Shown here piece after piece: positions 12,801 through 23,838 of a DNA stretch of 63,859 nt; the stretch's first letter is position 1; each line of letters opens with the position of its first letter. The stretch is taken from contig NC_058134.1 of the NCBI RefSeq assembly GCF_016433145.1, forward strand, positions 282,446,639 through 282,510,497, read 5' to 3'. This DNA comes from Gracilinanus agilis (lineage: Eukaryota). The notes under the pieces were generated by a model, which was not told the DNA's origin, searched no databases, and worked only from the letters and a program-made list of their open reading frames with translations. The translations under genes were made by a program, and so were the position numbers.

Positions 12801-15800
12801 AATACTAAGTATTGTTCCCAAAGCAGAAGAGCAGTAAGGACTAGGCACTGGGGTCCTTACTGCTCTTCTGCTTTGGGAACAATACTTAGTATTGATAGAA
12901 GGTAAGGCACTGGGGATTAAGTGACTTGCCCAGTGTCACACAACTAGTAGGTACCTTAAAGTTAGATTTGAATCTAGGACTTTCCATCTCTAGCTCAGAC
13001 TCTCTATTCACTGAGCCACCTAGTTGTTCCTCGAGTGTGCAACTCTGACATTTCGTGGTGCAATAGGAGAGAAAGGGGGTGAATCCAAAAGGATTTTGGA
13101 TGAGCTTTAGTTAATAGGTGTGCATGCCGCTCAAGGCTTTAATGAATTGACTGAAAAGGATTTAAAGTAAATTATTATAGCTATTGGTCTTGTGCCTGAC
13201 ATTACTCTTTATTTTTTAATGTTACCGAATAGTTCTCTTGGGCAATTAAGTTACTGTGTAGACCAGGGTACATTTGTAAGTGGTTTGCTGTTGGCCTGTG
13301 TAGCTTCAGGATTCACTTCCCAGAATCACTCGGCCCTGAGATGTGTACGTGGGCTGCTGTTCCCTCAGTAGATATAGCTACACGGGCTTTGCATCAGCAA
13401 ACAGAATGGACAAGGTTTGGGGAGAATTGCATCTTAATTCCTTTTCCCCGTGTTTATAATCCATGTCCCTACATCCTCAGAAAAACGCTTTTGCCCCCCC
13501 AGTGCTTGCCGAATGGCTCCTTTCAAAGGACCATTTCTTGAGGTTTCTGAACGAGGCGCTGCTGCTGGCTGGAGATGGGAAGGAAGGGAAGCCTGGGAGG
13601 AGTAAGTGGGGAGGTTGTTTCACACGGAGCGCAATGGCCATCTTTGAGTACCAAATCGACTGAGATTTCCCTAAGGAACCCGAGTTGTTAAATGAAGGAG
13701 AACAGAAGCAGATATAACAATTAGCTTCTCCTAAGCTCTTTGGGATGAAACAGAAAGGCTGAAAAACTGAACTGCATTAAAATCAATGGCTACTGCCTTC
13801 TTGTAAGTACAGAAATTTTGCTAGTTTCCACATTGTTTCTGAGTTAACGGTATTTGTCTGAAATTGTAATGTTTACAAAGCCAGACTTGTCAAAGCTTTC
13901 TGTCCTTTAATCTGTTTGCCATCCCTTATGAAATACAAGCTTCAAGAAAAAATTAAGGAATGATTTGAATGTTTATCTGTTGCTATGCCTAAACATTTTC
14001 TTTTCCTCTCTTTCTGCTTAAAGCCGGAATCGAAGTCCAAGTGGTAATGCTTCAGGAATCCCAGTTTTATTATGAGACTAGTAGCCAGCAGTTCTGTTAT
14101 AAGAACACCCTTGTTCCAAGGTGGCATGAATTATGGACCCGAGTGATGGTAAGCTACCTGCAGACCTTTGGAGGTGTCATCGCCGTGCAGATAGTCAAGG
14201 CTCTGTATTTGTGTAGGCCTCTGGGAAAAGGAATTAATTTCTGATAACCTTTTCAGTATCACCCTACATCCCACTACTAATTAGTTCTTATTGACTACCC
14301 CACTTGACTCCTCACTCCTGGGGGCTGGGAGTTGTTATAGTTACTTATTGTGGGGGGAATCCAAAAGAAATGTGAAGAGGTGGTCCTCGCTCTTGGGGCA
14401 CATAGAAGCATCCATACTCCTTAATGTTTCCTTGTGTCATATTTCCTCTGTCTCAAGGAGGCCTTGCCATGGCAGGATAAAGAGATCTGTGAAATGGGGA
14501 AGGGGTGGGCAGGCGCCTGCACCCTCCTACCCACCCCTTCCCCATTTCACAGATCTCTTTATTTTGTTGAGCTGGAGATTCTTTGTGTGTCCACACTGTT
14601 ATAATCACCTTTGATTTGCTGCTCCTTATTCTGTTTTGATTTCACACAAGTGTAATTTTCATAAACACACCGAGTCCAGGATGTCCCCTCAGAAGAGTTA
14701 TTTTGGTCATTTATCCCATAACACTATCAAGTCAGCCGGCACCCAATGCATCTGGCTCTAATAGTGATTGAACAAAATGAGGCCTTTTGGAAACGGGTGC
14801 CTGTTCCTTCCACTTCAGCTCACTCTTACTGCTGCTGAGTGGAGCAGCTTATGATGGCATTAGTCATGGGGGGATGATTAAGGTGATTTGCTGGCTGGGC
14901 TTTTTTTAATCTAGTTTTCTTTATTTTATTGTTTGATGCCGAGTGTGTGTGACCAGCGTGTCCCCGGAATCAGTGATTTGTGGCAGACAGTGAGGAGAAT
15001 CTCTCCCCACCCATTGGAAGCATTTTCTGGTTTCCAGGCCCTGGCTGAACCTGCCAATTTGCTTAATGCTCTTGCCCTGGGTTTTGTAAAATCTCTTGTA
15101 AATAGTCATATTGATGACTCCTTCAATTTGAAAGAGTCTTTTCTCTGTAACTAATGGTGGCTCCAGAGACACTGTAATAGCGAGTTAGTCTGTTCCACGT
15201 TATTACACATAAAAAACATTCTTTGTCCAGTTTCTTTTCATTTCTGTATCTTTGAACACTTCTGATTAGTCTTGTGGTGCTGGGAGTTTAATATTGTGTC
15301 TGCATTTGTAGACACTGGGAATTCACCTGCCCTTCTCTTTCTTGCCCCCAACCCCTCGGACTTCAGATCCGGGTGAACAGTTCCAGGGTAGTGAGAGTCA
15401 CCCAAGTGGAAAATGAAGAAAAACTGAAGGAGCTCGAGCAGTTCAGCCTTTGGAACTTGTTCTCCTCCTTCCTGAAGGAGAAGCTGAACGACACCTACGT
15501 CAACGTGGACCTCTACAGCACCAAGGTCTGCCTCAAGGTGGAGGTCCTGGAAAAAGACACACAGTACAGCATCAGTCTGGCCCGAAGTAAGTGTTCCCTG
15601 GCACGTCCGGGGGCCGGGGCAGAGGCAGCTCGGACCTCGGCCTGGAGTCAAGGCTCCGCTGGTGATCAGCAGGCTCAGGACCCCCCCTCCAGTGCTGCTC
15701 GGCGAGTTAAGCTACGAGAATGCCTCGGCTCCTTGGCCGCTGCGCTTTGTGGCTGTTTATTAGATCAGAGAGGGCTCTGTAAAATGTTTAAAGTCGCTTT

Positions 15801-18800
15801 TTGTCGGAATCTTTTGTTTTTACGTCATTGGCGTTTCCCATCATGATCCTCCTCAGAGAGCTCCTTTCTAACAAATGAGAAAAGAAGGGAAGAAACAGTT
15901 TAGCTAAGTGAGCCAGCACACTGAAAAAGGCAAATGTTCTCTGCAGGACTTGACCCCTGGGCTTCCCCAGTTGGGCAGAGGAGCTGGGGTTGGGGGCTGC
16001 CTCCTCGGCCAGGCGGGGGAAGATCTGCGCCCTGGCTGTCAGGATCCACTTCTGATGTGCTCCCTGCTATTCAGGCCACATCAGAAAGATTGGCATGCTT
16101 CCTGCTCTCTGGGTTTTGCCATCCGAAGTAGGTATAGTGAAGTGTTTAAGCATCAAGAGGGAAAGAATAGATGCTTAGAAAGAAACAAAGGTAGGTTTTA
16201 AGACTCAAATCGTGGGGGCAGCTGGGTGGCTCGATGGATTGAGATCCAGGCCTAGAGAAGGGAGGTCCTGGGTTCAAATCTAGCCTCAGACACTTCCTAG
16301 CTGTGTGACCCTGGACAAGTCATTTGACCCCCATTGGCTACCCTGACCACTCTTCTGCCTTGGAGCCAATACATGGCATTGAGTCTAAGACAGAAGGTAA
16401 GGTTTAAAAAAAAAAATGGCACCGTGTGTGCCTGAGAGGTGCCCTCTGCAGGAGGGGATGCACTGCTGCCTCTGGCCCTGCCAACCCGTCCTGAAGAGCC
16501 CTGACTCTGACCTGCGGGGGGCCGCTCAGGCTTCTCCAGGGTGCTGCTCAGCACTCCCCTCAGTGAGGAGCAGCGTCGGGGCCTGGAGTCAGGAGTCTGG
16601 CCTTAGACAAGCTTGTCCCCTGTGGGGCGCCAGGCCTCGGCGCTCCTCAGGAGAACGGGGATAGCGACAGGCTTGCCCGAAGGGGCGTGGGGAGGGCCAC
16701 CTGAAAGCATGCTTCCTGCCTCCGGGACTTAAGCTTCTGTTTACATGGGTTGTTTTGGATCTCCTTTATTGGCTCAACGTCACCTTGTTCTGTGTATTCC
16801 CTTAGACAGTCAGGCTTTCTTTTAAGTATATGTTTATTTTTTTCCCCCAGGATTTGACCCCAAACTCTTCCTAGTTTTCCTCCTTGGACTTTTGCTTTTC
16901 TTTTGTGGGGACTTATTAAGCAGGTAGGTTGCCCTTCAGCGAATGCAGCTCTGCTGGGCTCAAAACTAAATTGCTTTGCTATTTCCATAAAAACCATAAA
17001 CACGTTCATTCCTAATCTATTTGGCTAGCCTCTGCCCGGGATGGGGAAATCATCCATTTTCTAGTGCGAGGTTTTTATTTGTCTTGTGTTCAGTGAGATT
17101 GCCAACAACGTAACTTCTTGATCGATTTGGCCGTTATGATATTCATCTACGGCGAAGGAGATGGATGATGGGAGAGCCCTCAGAAATCATCTTTTGTAAG
17201 AAAAATACATCTTTTGTATGTGATGATGTTCTGAGTGCTGGGGAGGCTGTTGGGTACACTCCCAGGAACTTAACTTCATAGTACTTTCTATAGTACTTTG
17301 TATCAGCAGAGAGACTTTGCAGCTAATTAATAAACTGATTAAAGATGAAAGTAATTAGTGATCATTTATACGGTAGGGATTCATGTTCATAAATAGGTTA
17401 CTTCCACCAGTTTCTTAGTAGATGGTTTAATGAGGGTTTATCCAGTCCAACCTTCCCCTCCATGTGGGAATCCCTTCTATGATATCCCTGCCAGTCTTTC
17501 TTTGGAAGCTGGTGGTGACCGAGAACTTGAAGAGGGCTGTTGAGCAGAAAGAGTTCTGAAAGAGCCATTGGGAAGACCTAGTCCTGGCTCTGACCCTGGG
17601 CAAGGCCACTCACTGTGGGACCCTCTTCCCTCCTCTGAGAGTGGGTACTTTGCCTGCCCGTTCTTATGAGCAAGATTATTGCCAAATCCAGGTGAGGACA
17701 GGAGCACAAGCGATGAGACCCAGGCCCCACTGCTTTGGGCTAGGCCTCTGGCCTGAGAGGCCTGAGAGGCATGTTTGGGCCACCTGTTCGCCCCTTTCCC
17801 TCTTTGTTTTCATCCTCTTGTCATCGAATTTATGGCACCCATTCAGTTCAATTCCAGAAACATCTGTTAAGTGCCCCCCATATATATATACACTCTTCTG
17901 AGTAAGCCTGGGGACACAGAGGCAGAAATGAGCCAGGCCCCACTCTGGAGAAGGTTACGATCTGTAGGGATATAAACTGTCCATAGAGAAGTAAATCAAG
18001 ATCCAGAGTGATTTTTAAGAGAGATAGAGGGAGAGACAGAGCGAAGGAGACAGAGAGAGACAGGCAGAGACAGAGAGAGTAAAAGAGACAGGCAGAGACA
18101 GACAGATAGAGACAGAGTGAAGGAGACAGAGAGACAGAGAGGGAGAGACCGACAAAGACAGAGAGAGAGAGAGAGAGACAGAGAGACAGAGTGGAGACAG
18201 AGACAGAGAGGGAAAGACAGACAGACAGAGACAGAGAGAGGGGGAGACAGACACAGACAGACAGAGGGAGAGAGATAGAGCAATTTCTCCTAAATGTTTT
18301 CATATTCTATAGGGGATGATGTGTACCAGTAACCACATTTAACAGCTACAGAGACTAATTGATCTAGGGAACTGACCCTTTATGCAGAAAATAAACTTGA
18401 ATCGTGTCTTGAAATCATTCTCTGTCTGCAGAAGTCAGATTTTCTACTACTCCACTGGGATGAGCCTGGGGATTTTGGCCTCTCTGCTCATTGCAATTTT
18501 CCTGATGTCCAGGTTCATGCCCAAGGTAGGTAGCTCAAAGGCTCTGGGCTTCGGGTTTATTTCAAAAGCCATCTTAGAAAATGGGAATTGGGGGTTGAAT
18601 AACCTTGTCCAGAAGGTATTTATATGTGATTGAACCAAATGGCTGTCAGATTTGTTTTCGTGTCTCATGGGGGCTCAGCAGGGGATGGTGGTGTCCCAGC
18701 TGTTGCTTGTGCAGCCGCGCTCTTGGTAAATTTTTCTGAAGCCCTTTTACATGCAGCTCTTTCTGAGAGCAGCAGGGCTCAGCGACCCTTTGCTGGGGCT

Positions 18801-20748
18801 GGGTCTCATCATTTCATTTTTACATGTCCCAGTTCTGGTCTAGCAGGCCTTGCGGTAACTTCTGGCTTTCCCTCCTACTCTAGAAAAGTCCCATCTACAT
18901 CATCCTCGTTGGAGGCTGGTCCTTTTCCCTGTACCTCATACAGCTGGCTTTAAAGAACTTACAAACCATCTGCAGGTTTTACTGGCACTACCTTCTGAGT
19001 AAGTGTTCTGGCGTGCTCTTCTCTTGCACCTGTGTGGGTTCTGGGCTTTGTGTCTTAGCCCCAACGTCCGCTGGGTCTATTTGATTATCCGCCTGGCTTA
19101 AATTAAAGTGCCTCTAGGCACAGAGTTCGAGCTTGTTTCATTGGCATTATAGATGTATTTTTACACTTCTAATGGCTTTATGAATATAATCATTTTAAGT
19201 TTATTAAAGAGGAAAGTATCCGAAGAACCGGGTACTGGATTAATTTTTAAAGAAAAGAACAGACAAATAATCACCCTCAAATTTCTCGTGTTGGGGAAGA
19301 AATTGAGATTTTCATAGATTGGGTTTCCTGAAAGTAGGGGACGGTGGTCAGCTCACCCTTTGGGGGAGGATAAAGAGTGGCCGGTGGTCTCCCTCAGGAA
19401 CGAGGAGGAGGTGGTTAGCACCTTCGCCGTGGTGGGTTCAGCCACCGTCCGCAGCATCCTCTCCGCGGCGGGTGTAGGCGTGGCGCCTCACCGTGTCCCT
19501 CGGCCCTTCCCCAGGTTACGTGCTCGTCGTGGGCTTCGTGAGCTTCGGCGTGTGCTACAAGTACGGCCCGCTGGAGAACGAGCGCAGCATCAACCTGCTC
19601 ACGTGGGGCCTGCAGCTGACGGGGCTGCTGCTCATGTACTCGGGCGTCCAGATCCGGCAGATCGCCTGCGCGCTCATCCTCCTCGCCGTCTGCACCAAGA
19701 ACCTCGAGTACCCCGTCCAGTGGCTCTACAGCACCTACAGGTGACTAGCGCAGCCCAGCCTTCCCTCTCGCCTTCCTCACTCACTCCTGAGGCTCTTCAG
19801 AAAGCACAGATTCCATTCGGCTTGGGTGGCCTCGCTCGTTCCGGGCCACTAGGTGGTGCAAGAGGCAGCGCCGTGGCGCTCCCCCCCCAGTGTGGCCGGG
19901 GAGGCTCTGCAAAGGGGAAGGACGAGCCCGACCCTCGGTGCCATGAAGGGAGGAGAGAGGAAGGCCGGAGGCCCGGACGGGCGCCATTAATCTCTCGGCT
20001 GTTATTTTGGCGAGCACAGAAAGGTGCGTAAGGTGGCGGAAAAGCCGACCCCCCCTCGCCTCCTGACGGAAGAAGAGTACCGGATCCAGGGGGAGGTGGA
20101 GACCCGCAAGGCCCTCGAGGAGCTCCGAGGCTACTGCACCAGCCCCGAGTTTTCTGCGTGGAAGGCCGTGTCTCGGATCCAGTCTCCCAAAAGGTACCGC
20201 AGCCGGTGCTGGGGCCTCAGTCAGGCGACCCGGAGTGCTAACACCACGTCCTTGTGATCTGTTGGATGGTGTGGGCGGCTCCCCCAGGCCCAGGCCCAGG
20301 CCTACCCCTAGGCTCAGGCTCAGCCCGAGGCCCAGGCCTACCCCGAGGCCCAGGCTCACCCCGAGGCTCAAGCTCAGCCCGAGGCCCAGGCTCAGCCCGA
20401 GGCCCAGGCTCAGCCCGAGGCCCAGGCTCAGCCCGAGGCCCAGGCTCACCCTGAGGCCCAGGCTCACCCCGAGGCGCTGCTCCCTAATCTCTTCTCAGAG
20501 CCCGGATGAGTGCCCGAGGCAGCGGGCCCCTTCCCCGTGCTCCCGACTCTTCCTTGTGTTACAGGTTTGCCGACTTCGTGGAAGGATCTTCTCACCTCAC
20601 ACCGAGCGAAGTTTCCGTCCACGAGCAGGAGTACGGCCTCGGGAGCAGTTTTGCGGAGGACGAAATCTTTGCGGACGTGTCCTTTGAGGAGGACGAGGAG
20701 GAGGACATGGTGTGCCGCTCGCTCGTGCAGAACCATTTAGTGTCTTAG
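4061..20748 (+). CDS. NEMP1: Nuclear envelope integral membrane protein 1 (TMEM194A), 9 coding exons, 442 aa
   Basis: join(4061..4178,14024..14148,15367..15586,16851..16923,18432..18525,18884..18998,19515..19740,20020..20193,20565..20748) = 1329 nt, all introns GT-AG, frame continuous, Kozak gaccATGG, stop TAG 20746-20748. Peptides recognised as NEMP1: [130 protein letters not shown]. Confidence 0.97.
4875..6250 (-). mobile_element. Degenerate L2-like remnants with a hAT-like insert at ~5609-5782
   Basis: L2 3'-end-like aaacattcatt...aaggagcttacagttta; cagtggtgtcaaactc terminus at 5609. Confidence 0.4.
6837..6880. repeat. (TG)22 microsatellite
   Basis: Pure TG run. Confidence 0.95.
7690..8530 (-). 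mobile_element. L1 3' fragment
   Basis: T-rich tail and reverse ORF2 C-terminal sequence (gtagtattccatcaccat, ttctctaattaatagtgatttagagcat). Confidence 0.75.
8975..9115 (-). mobile_element. SINE1-like SINE
   Basis: ttaccttctgtcttag-type tail and aagtgacttgcccagggtc core. Confidence 0.75.
11123..11272. other. Assembly gap (150 N) in the SUMO2 retrocopy 3'UTR
   Basis: N run. Confidence 0.99.
11636..11766. other. Assembly gap (131 N) in the SUMO2 retrocopy CDS
   Basis: N run. Confidence 0.99.
12770..13030 (-). mobile_element. SINE1-like SINE with internal inverted duplication
   Basis: Tail, core and head (gagccacctagttgttcc) are present; perfect 54-bp inverted repeat 12788-12841 / 12853-12906. 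Confidence 0.85.
16214..16415 (+). mobile_element. SINE1-like SINE (full length)
   Basis: ggggcagctgggtggctc head, B-box ggttcaaatc, gacagaaggtaaggtttaaaa tail. Confidence 0.9.
18018..18280. repeat. Purine-rich (GAGACA/GA)n simple repeat
   Basis: About 260 bp of degenerate AG/GACA units in NEMP1 intron 4. Confidence 0.9.
20283..20474. repeat. GC-rich 18-bp minisatellite (CCCGAGGCCCAGGCTCAG)n in NEMP1 intron 8
   Basis: About 10 variant units built from 6-mers. Confidence 0.9.
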
Positions 20749-23056
20749 GGGCCGCCTGGGTCTTCTCACACAGACTGAACCCTTCCAGAGCCCTCGCACC
20801 CGGCGCGTGTGTCCGAGGGTCTCCTGAGGCCAGCCCGAGAAGCCGCAGAGACGCCTCTTCGGAGAGCCCGATGGGCCTCTTTCTGAACGCTGCCGGGGTG
20901 TGAGGACACGGGAAGCTGGGCCGTGTGGGCCGACCGAAGCACATGGGCGCGCCGCGCTCCTCACGCGAATGCTTTCCTGGCCCGGCATCTGGTTGGGGCC
21001 CCTCGCGGCGCCCTCGTGGGTGGTTGGCCGGAGCCCCGCTGGTCAGCGCGAGTGCACAAATGTCTTAGAGAGGCCGGGCAGAGCTTCCCCTTCTCTGGGG
21101 CTTCCCGTGTCCCTGCTTTGGTTCCGATGGCTTCACGATGACGTTTTATTGGGCCTTTGGAGGAGAACTTGCATTGCTCCCTCTTGATCTTTGACTGAAC
21201 TACTTTACAATTAAATACGTTCCTGCTTCCACGTGGCCAGAATCCTTGGATCACACTGTTGTCCTTGTCAGCCATTTTAGTCTCAAGAGTGAGAGGTTCT
21301 GCTCATAAGACTTTCGGGGCTCCTTGTGGAACGCGGCACGTCAGCGAATAGTGCCCCCATTTCACTCCCTCCACTTGTTCCCCGTTCCGGGAGTGGCTCC
21401 TGCTTTACCCTTGAAGTGCTCACAGCTCAGTCTGGTTGGTTTTTTCCCAGAAAAGCCACTTGGCTTCGTCTGGGCCGGTTGGAGTGGGATCATTGGTGTC
21501 ATTTTGTTCTGAAAACTTGCATCCTTTTCCCCCACAAATTCCCCCTGTATGCACTCAGGGACCCCCCTGCCTTGGAGTGGCCAGAGAAACCAGGCAGTGT
21601 GTCTGTCCCCTCTTCCTCTTTCTGTCTAGTTCCCTCCTCTGCACCCCGTTAATCCAGGGGGCCAGTGGGAGAGGCATCCTAGGATATGGTCTTCTCAGAG
21701 CAGGATTTTTCTGCCGTGTGCCTCTGAGATGGGGACATGGGGATGAGGAAGTAGTTTTAGGGCTCCCAGGAAAAGCTTCCGGATCGTTATTCAGCTGCCT
21801 GGCGTTGAAGGGAGCAGCCCATTCAGCTTTGGGGTGTCCCCTCATTGCCCTCGAAGGAATGGAGGCGTTTCAGGGATCCTCGCTCGTGCCTGTGTGTGGC
21901 TCCAGCTGGTCACTGGCCAGTTGGGGGCTGCCCTTCCCCCCCCCCCCCAGCAATGGGTTCAGAGAAAAGCCTTCCATCCTGAGTCGGGGGGCCAAGCTGC
22001 CAAGTGCCTTTTTCTTGTCCGACTTGCCTTGATTTCCTTCAGGAGCCTCTTGAAAGTGCCCTTCGCTTAGAGAAGAGAATTGGTCAGAACAGCTTCCTGA
22101 GGTGGCAGCTTCCCAGAGCCCCCCCATCCCACTGGGAGCAGGAGAAAGCCCTGGAGACGCCCCCCCAAACGGCCTCTTGGCATGGACTCTGAAATCCTTC
22201 TGAGACTGCCCTCTGGGCGGGCAGCAGTGGGGAAACAAGCGGTGGAGGAGCGCTGTGGCCGGCGGCACCCCCAAACTCGGAAGAACCCCCAGGTGTCCTC
22301 AGTAATCCCAGGCTGGGCGGTCATCCCCGGGCAAGGGAAGGGGGCAACCCCCCAAACCCCCCAGAAGATGCGAGTGCTTGTTGGATAGGAAGGGGAGACG
22401 GGTGTGAGAGGGGCATTTCTGGGGGGCCCTTCCAGCCCTGCCTGAGGGCTGCTTCTCTGGGAGAGAGAGAGGAACGGGGTGCTCCCTTTTTCCTACAGAC
22501 ATGTTAGACAGCTCCTTTGGGGGCCCTGCGTGGGCCCCATAGATGTGTCCGCTCCTAAACAAAGCTCCCTTTTGGAGTTGGTGTTCGGTAGAGGAGACTG
22601 AGGAGACCCGTCGGCGCGCTGTGCCCGAGCCGGGCGAGGGACTCCCTCCAGAAAGGTGCTCCTGGCAGGGAAGTGGGGGGGGCACGACCGCGTCTGACCG
22701 CTGAAGCCCCAGACAGACCTCGAGCTCCTGTGTGTGGCCAGGCCCGGCTCAGGCTCCTCCTCGGGTTCCCCCAGCTGCTGCGGCCCGGGCTGAAGAGACA
22801 GCTGGGCGCCTGCCTCCGGCTTCCAGACGGCTTTCATCCAGGAGGATGGAGGGGACGGCTAGAGAGCGGCCCAACAGCGGAGCTGCGTGGGGAAGAGGCC
22901 TGGCCGCTGCCATCGCCGTGGGACCCCTTCCCCAACCTCATCAGGACCCCCGGCCGCCGCTTTAATCCCACCAAAAAAATGTCCAATCTCCAGCCAGATC
23001 CTTCCCTGTATCCTTAGCACCACCAATGACCCTTTGGATTGATCCCAGGCCCCCAC

Positions 23057-23203
23057 NNNNNNNNNNNNNNNNNNNNNNNNNNNNNNNNNNNNNNNNNNNN
23101 NNNNNNNNNNNNNNNNNNNNNNNNNNNNNNNNNNNNNNNNNNNNNNNNNNNNNNNNNNNNNNNNNNNNNNNNNNNNNNNNNNNNNNNNNNNNNNNNNNNN
23201 NNN
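23057..23203. other. Assembly gap (147 N) in the putative NEMP1 3'UTR
   Basis: N run. Confidence 0.99.
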
Positions 23204-23652
23204 GTATGAAGGAACCAGAGACAACCTTCCAAAGGCTGAGGACCTCCCTGGGCCTATGCAGACCAGCCGGAGGGCAGAGGCCCAGGCAGAATGGGAGGAA
23301 GAGAGGGAATGTGGTGGCCTTTAGGGCTCCTTCAGGGCTCCCTTCTGGCTGGATGGCCCTCGGGCGGGCAGAGAACACCCCGGAAAGCCCACAGCAGGAC
23401 TTGTGTCTGCACGTCCTGCCAGCGCTGAACCAAGGAATAAAGCTACCAAAGAGACGCTCCGGCAGGCTCTCGCCTCTGGCTTTGCAGGAAGCGGAGGGAA
23501 CGCGCTGTGCGAGGAAGTCTTGGCTCTCCAGCATCAATATGGGGTCAGAGTCGGCTTGCTTTTAGTTAGGTTCCAGTTCCTAATGGGGAAGCATTTCACA
23601 TTTTACAAGGGTTGCTCACTTCTGAGTGTTCAATCATTCAACAAACATTCAA

Positions 23653-23838
23653 GGGTCAGCTAGCTGGCCTGGAGTCAGGAGGACCTGGGTTCAAATTTGT
23701 CCTCAGATACTTTCTAGCTGGGTGGCCCTGGGCTAGTCACTTAACCTCCATTGCCTCGCCCTTGCTGCTCTTCTGTCTTGGAATCGAAACTCAGTATTGA
23801 TCCTAAGACAGAAGGTAAGGGTTTAAAAAAAAAACAAA
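23653..23838 (+). mobile_element. SINE1-like SINE within the putative NEMP1 3'UTR
   Basis: Core ggttcaaatt...gtcacttaacc and tail gacagaaggtaagggtttaaaa. Confidence 0.85.

Larger units (their letters stand above)
9960..13400 (-). mobile_element. Possible decayed LTR/ERV remnant hosting the SUMO2 retrocopy and a SINE
   Basis: LTR-like composition at 9960-10916 and weak betaretroviral pol-like peptide echoes on the - strand at 12100-13400; broken frames, not confirmed. Confidence 0.25.

Noticed and set aside
17848-18303. Ser/Leu/Cys-rich ORFs on the - strand
   Set aside because: Products of the (GAGACA)n simple repeat.
19360-19514. In-frame-looking stretch [26 protein letters not shown] after an AG in intron 6
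   Set aside because: The real exon 6 (18884-18998) already completes NEMP1; no convincing donor and no homology.
19781-20687. Long ORFs with [12 protein letters not shown] or GPGSAR repeats (228 aa on -, 150 aa on +)
   Set aside because: They are translations of the 18-bp minisatellite, which has no stops in any frame; no splice or homology support.
20700-23660. Dense overlapping 60-200 aa ORFs on both strands
   Set aside because: Expected in GC-rich sequence with few stop codons; none resembles a known protein; the region fits a 3'UTR.
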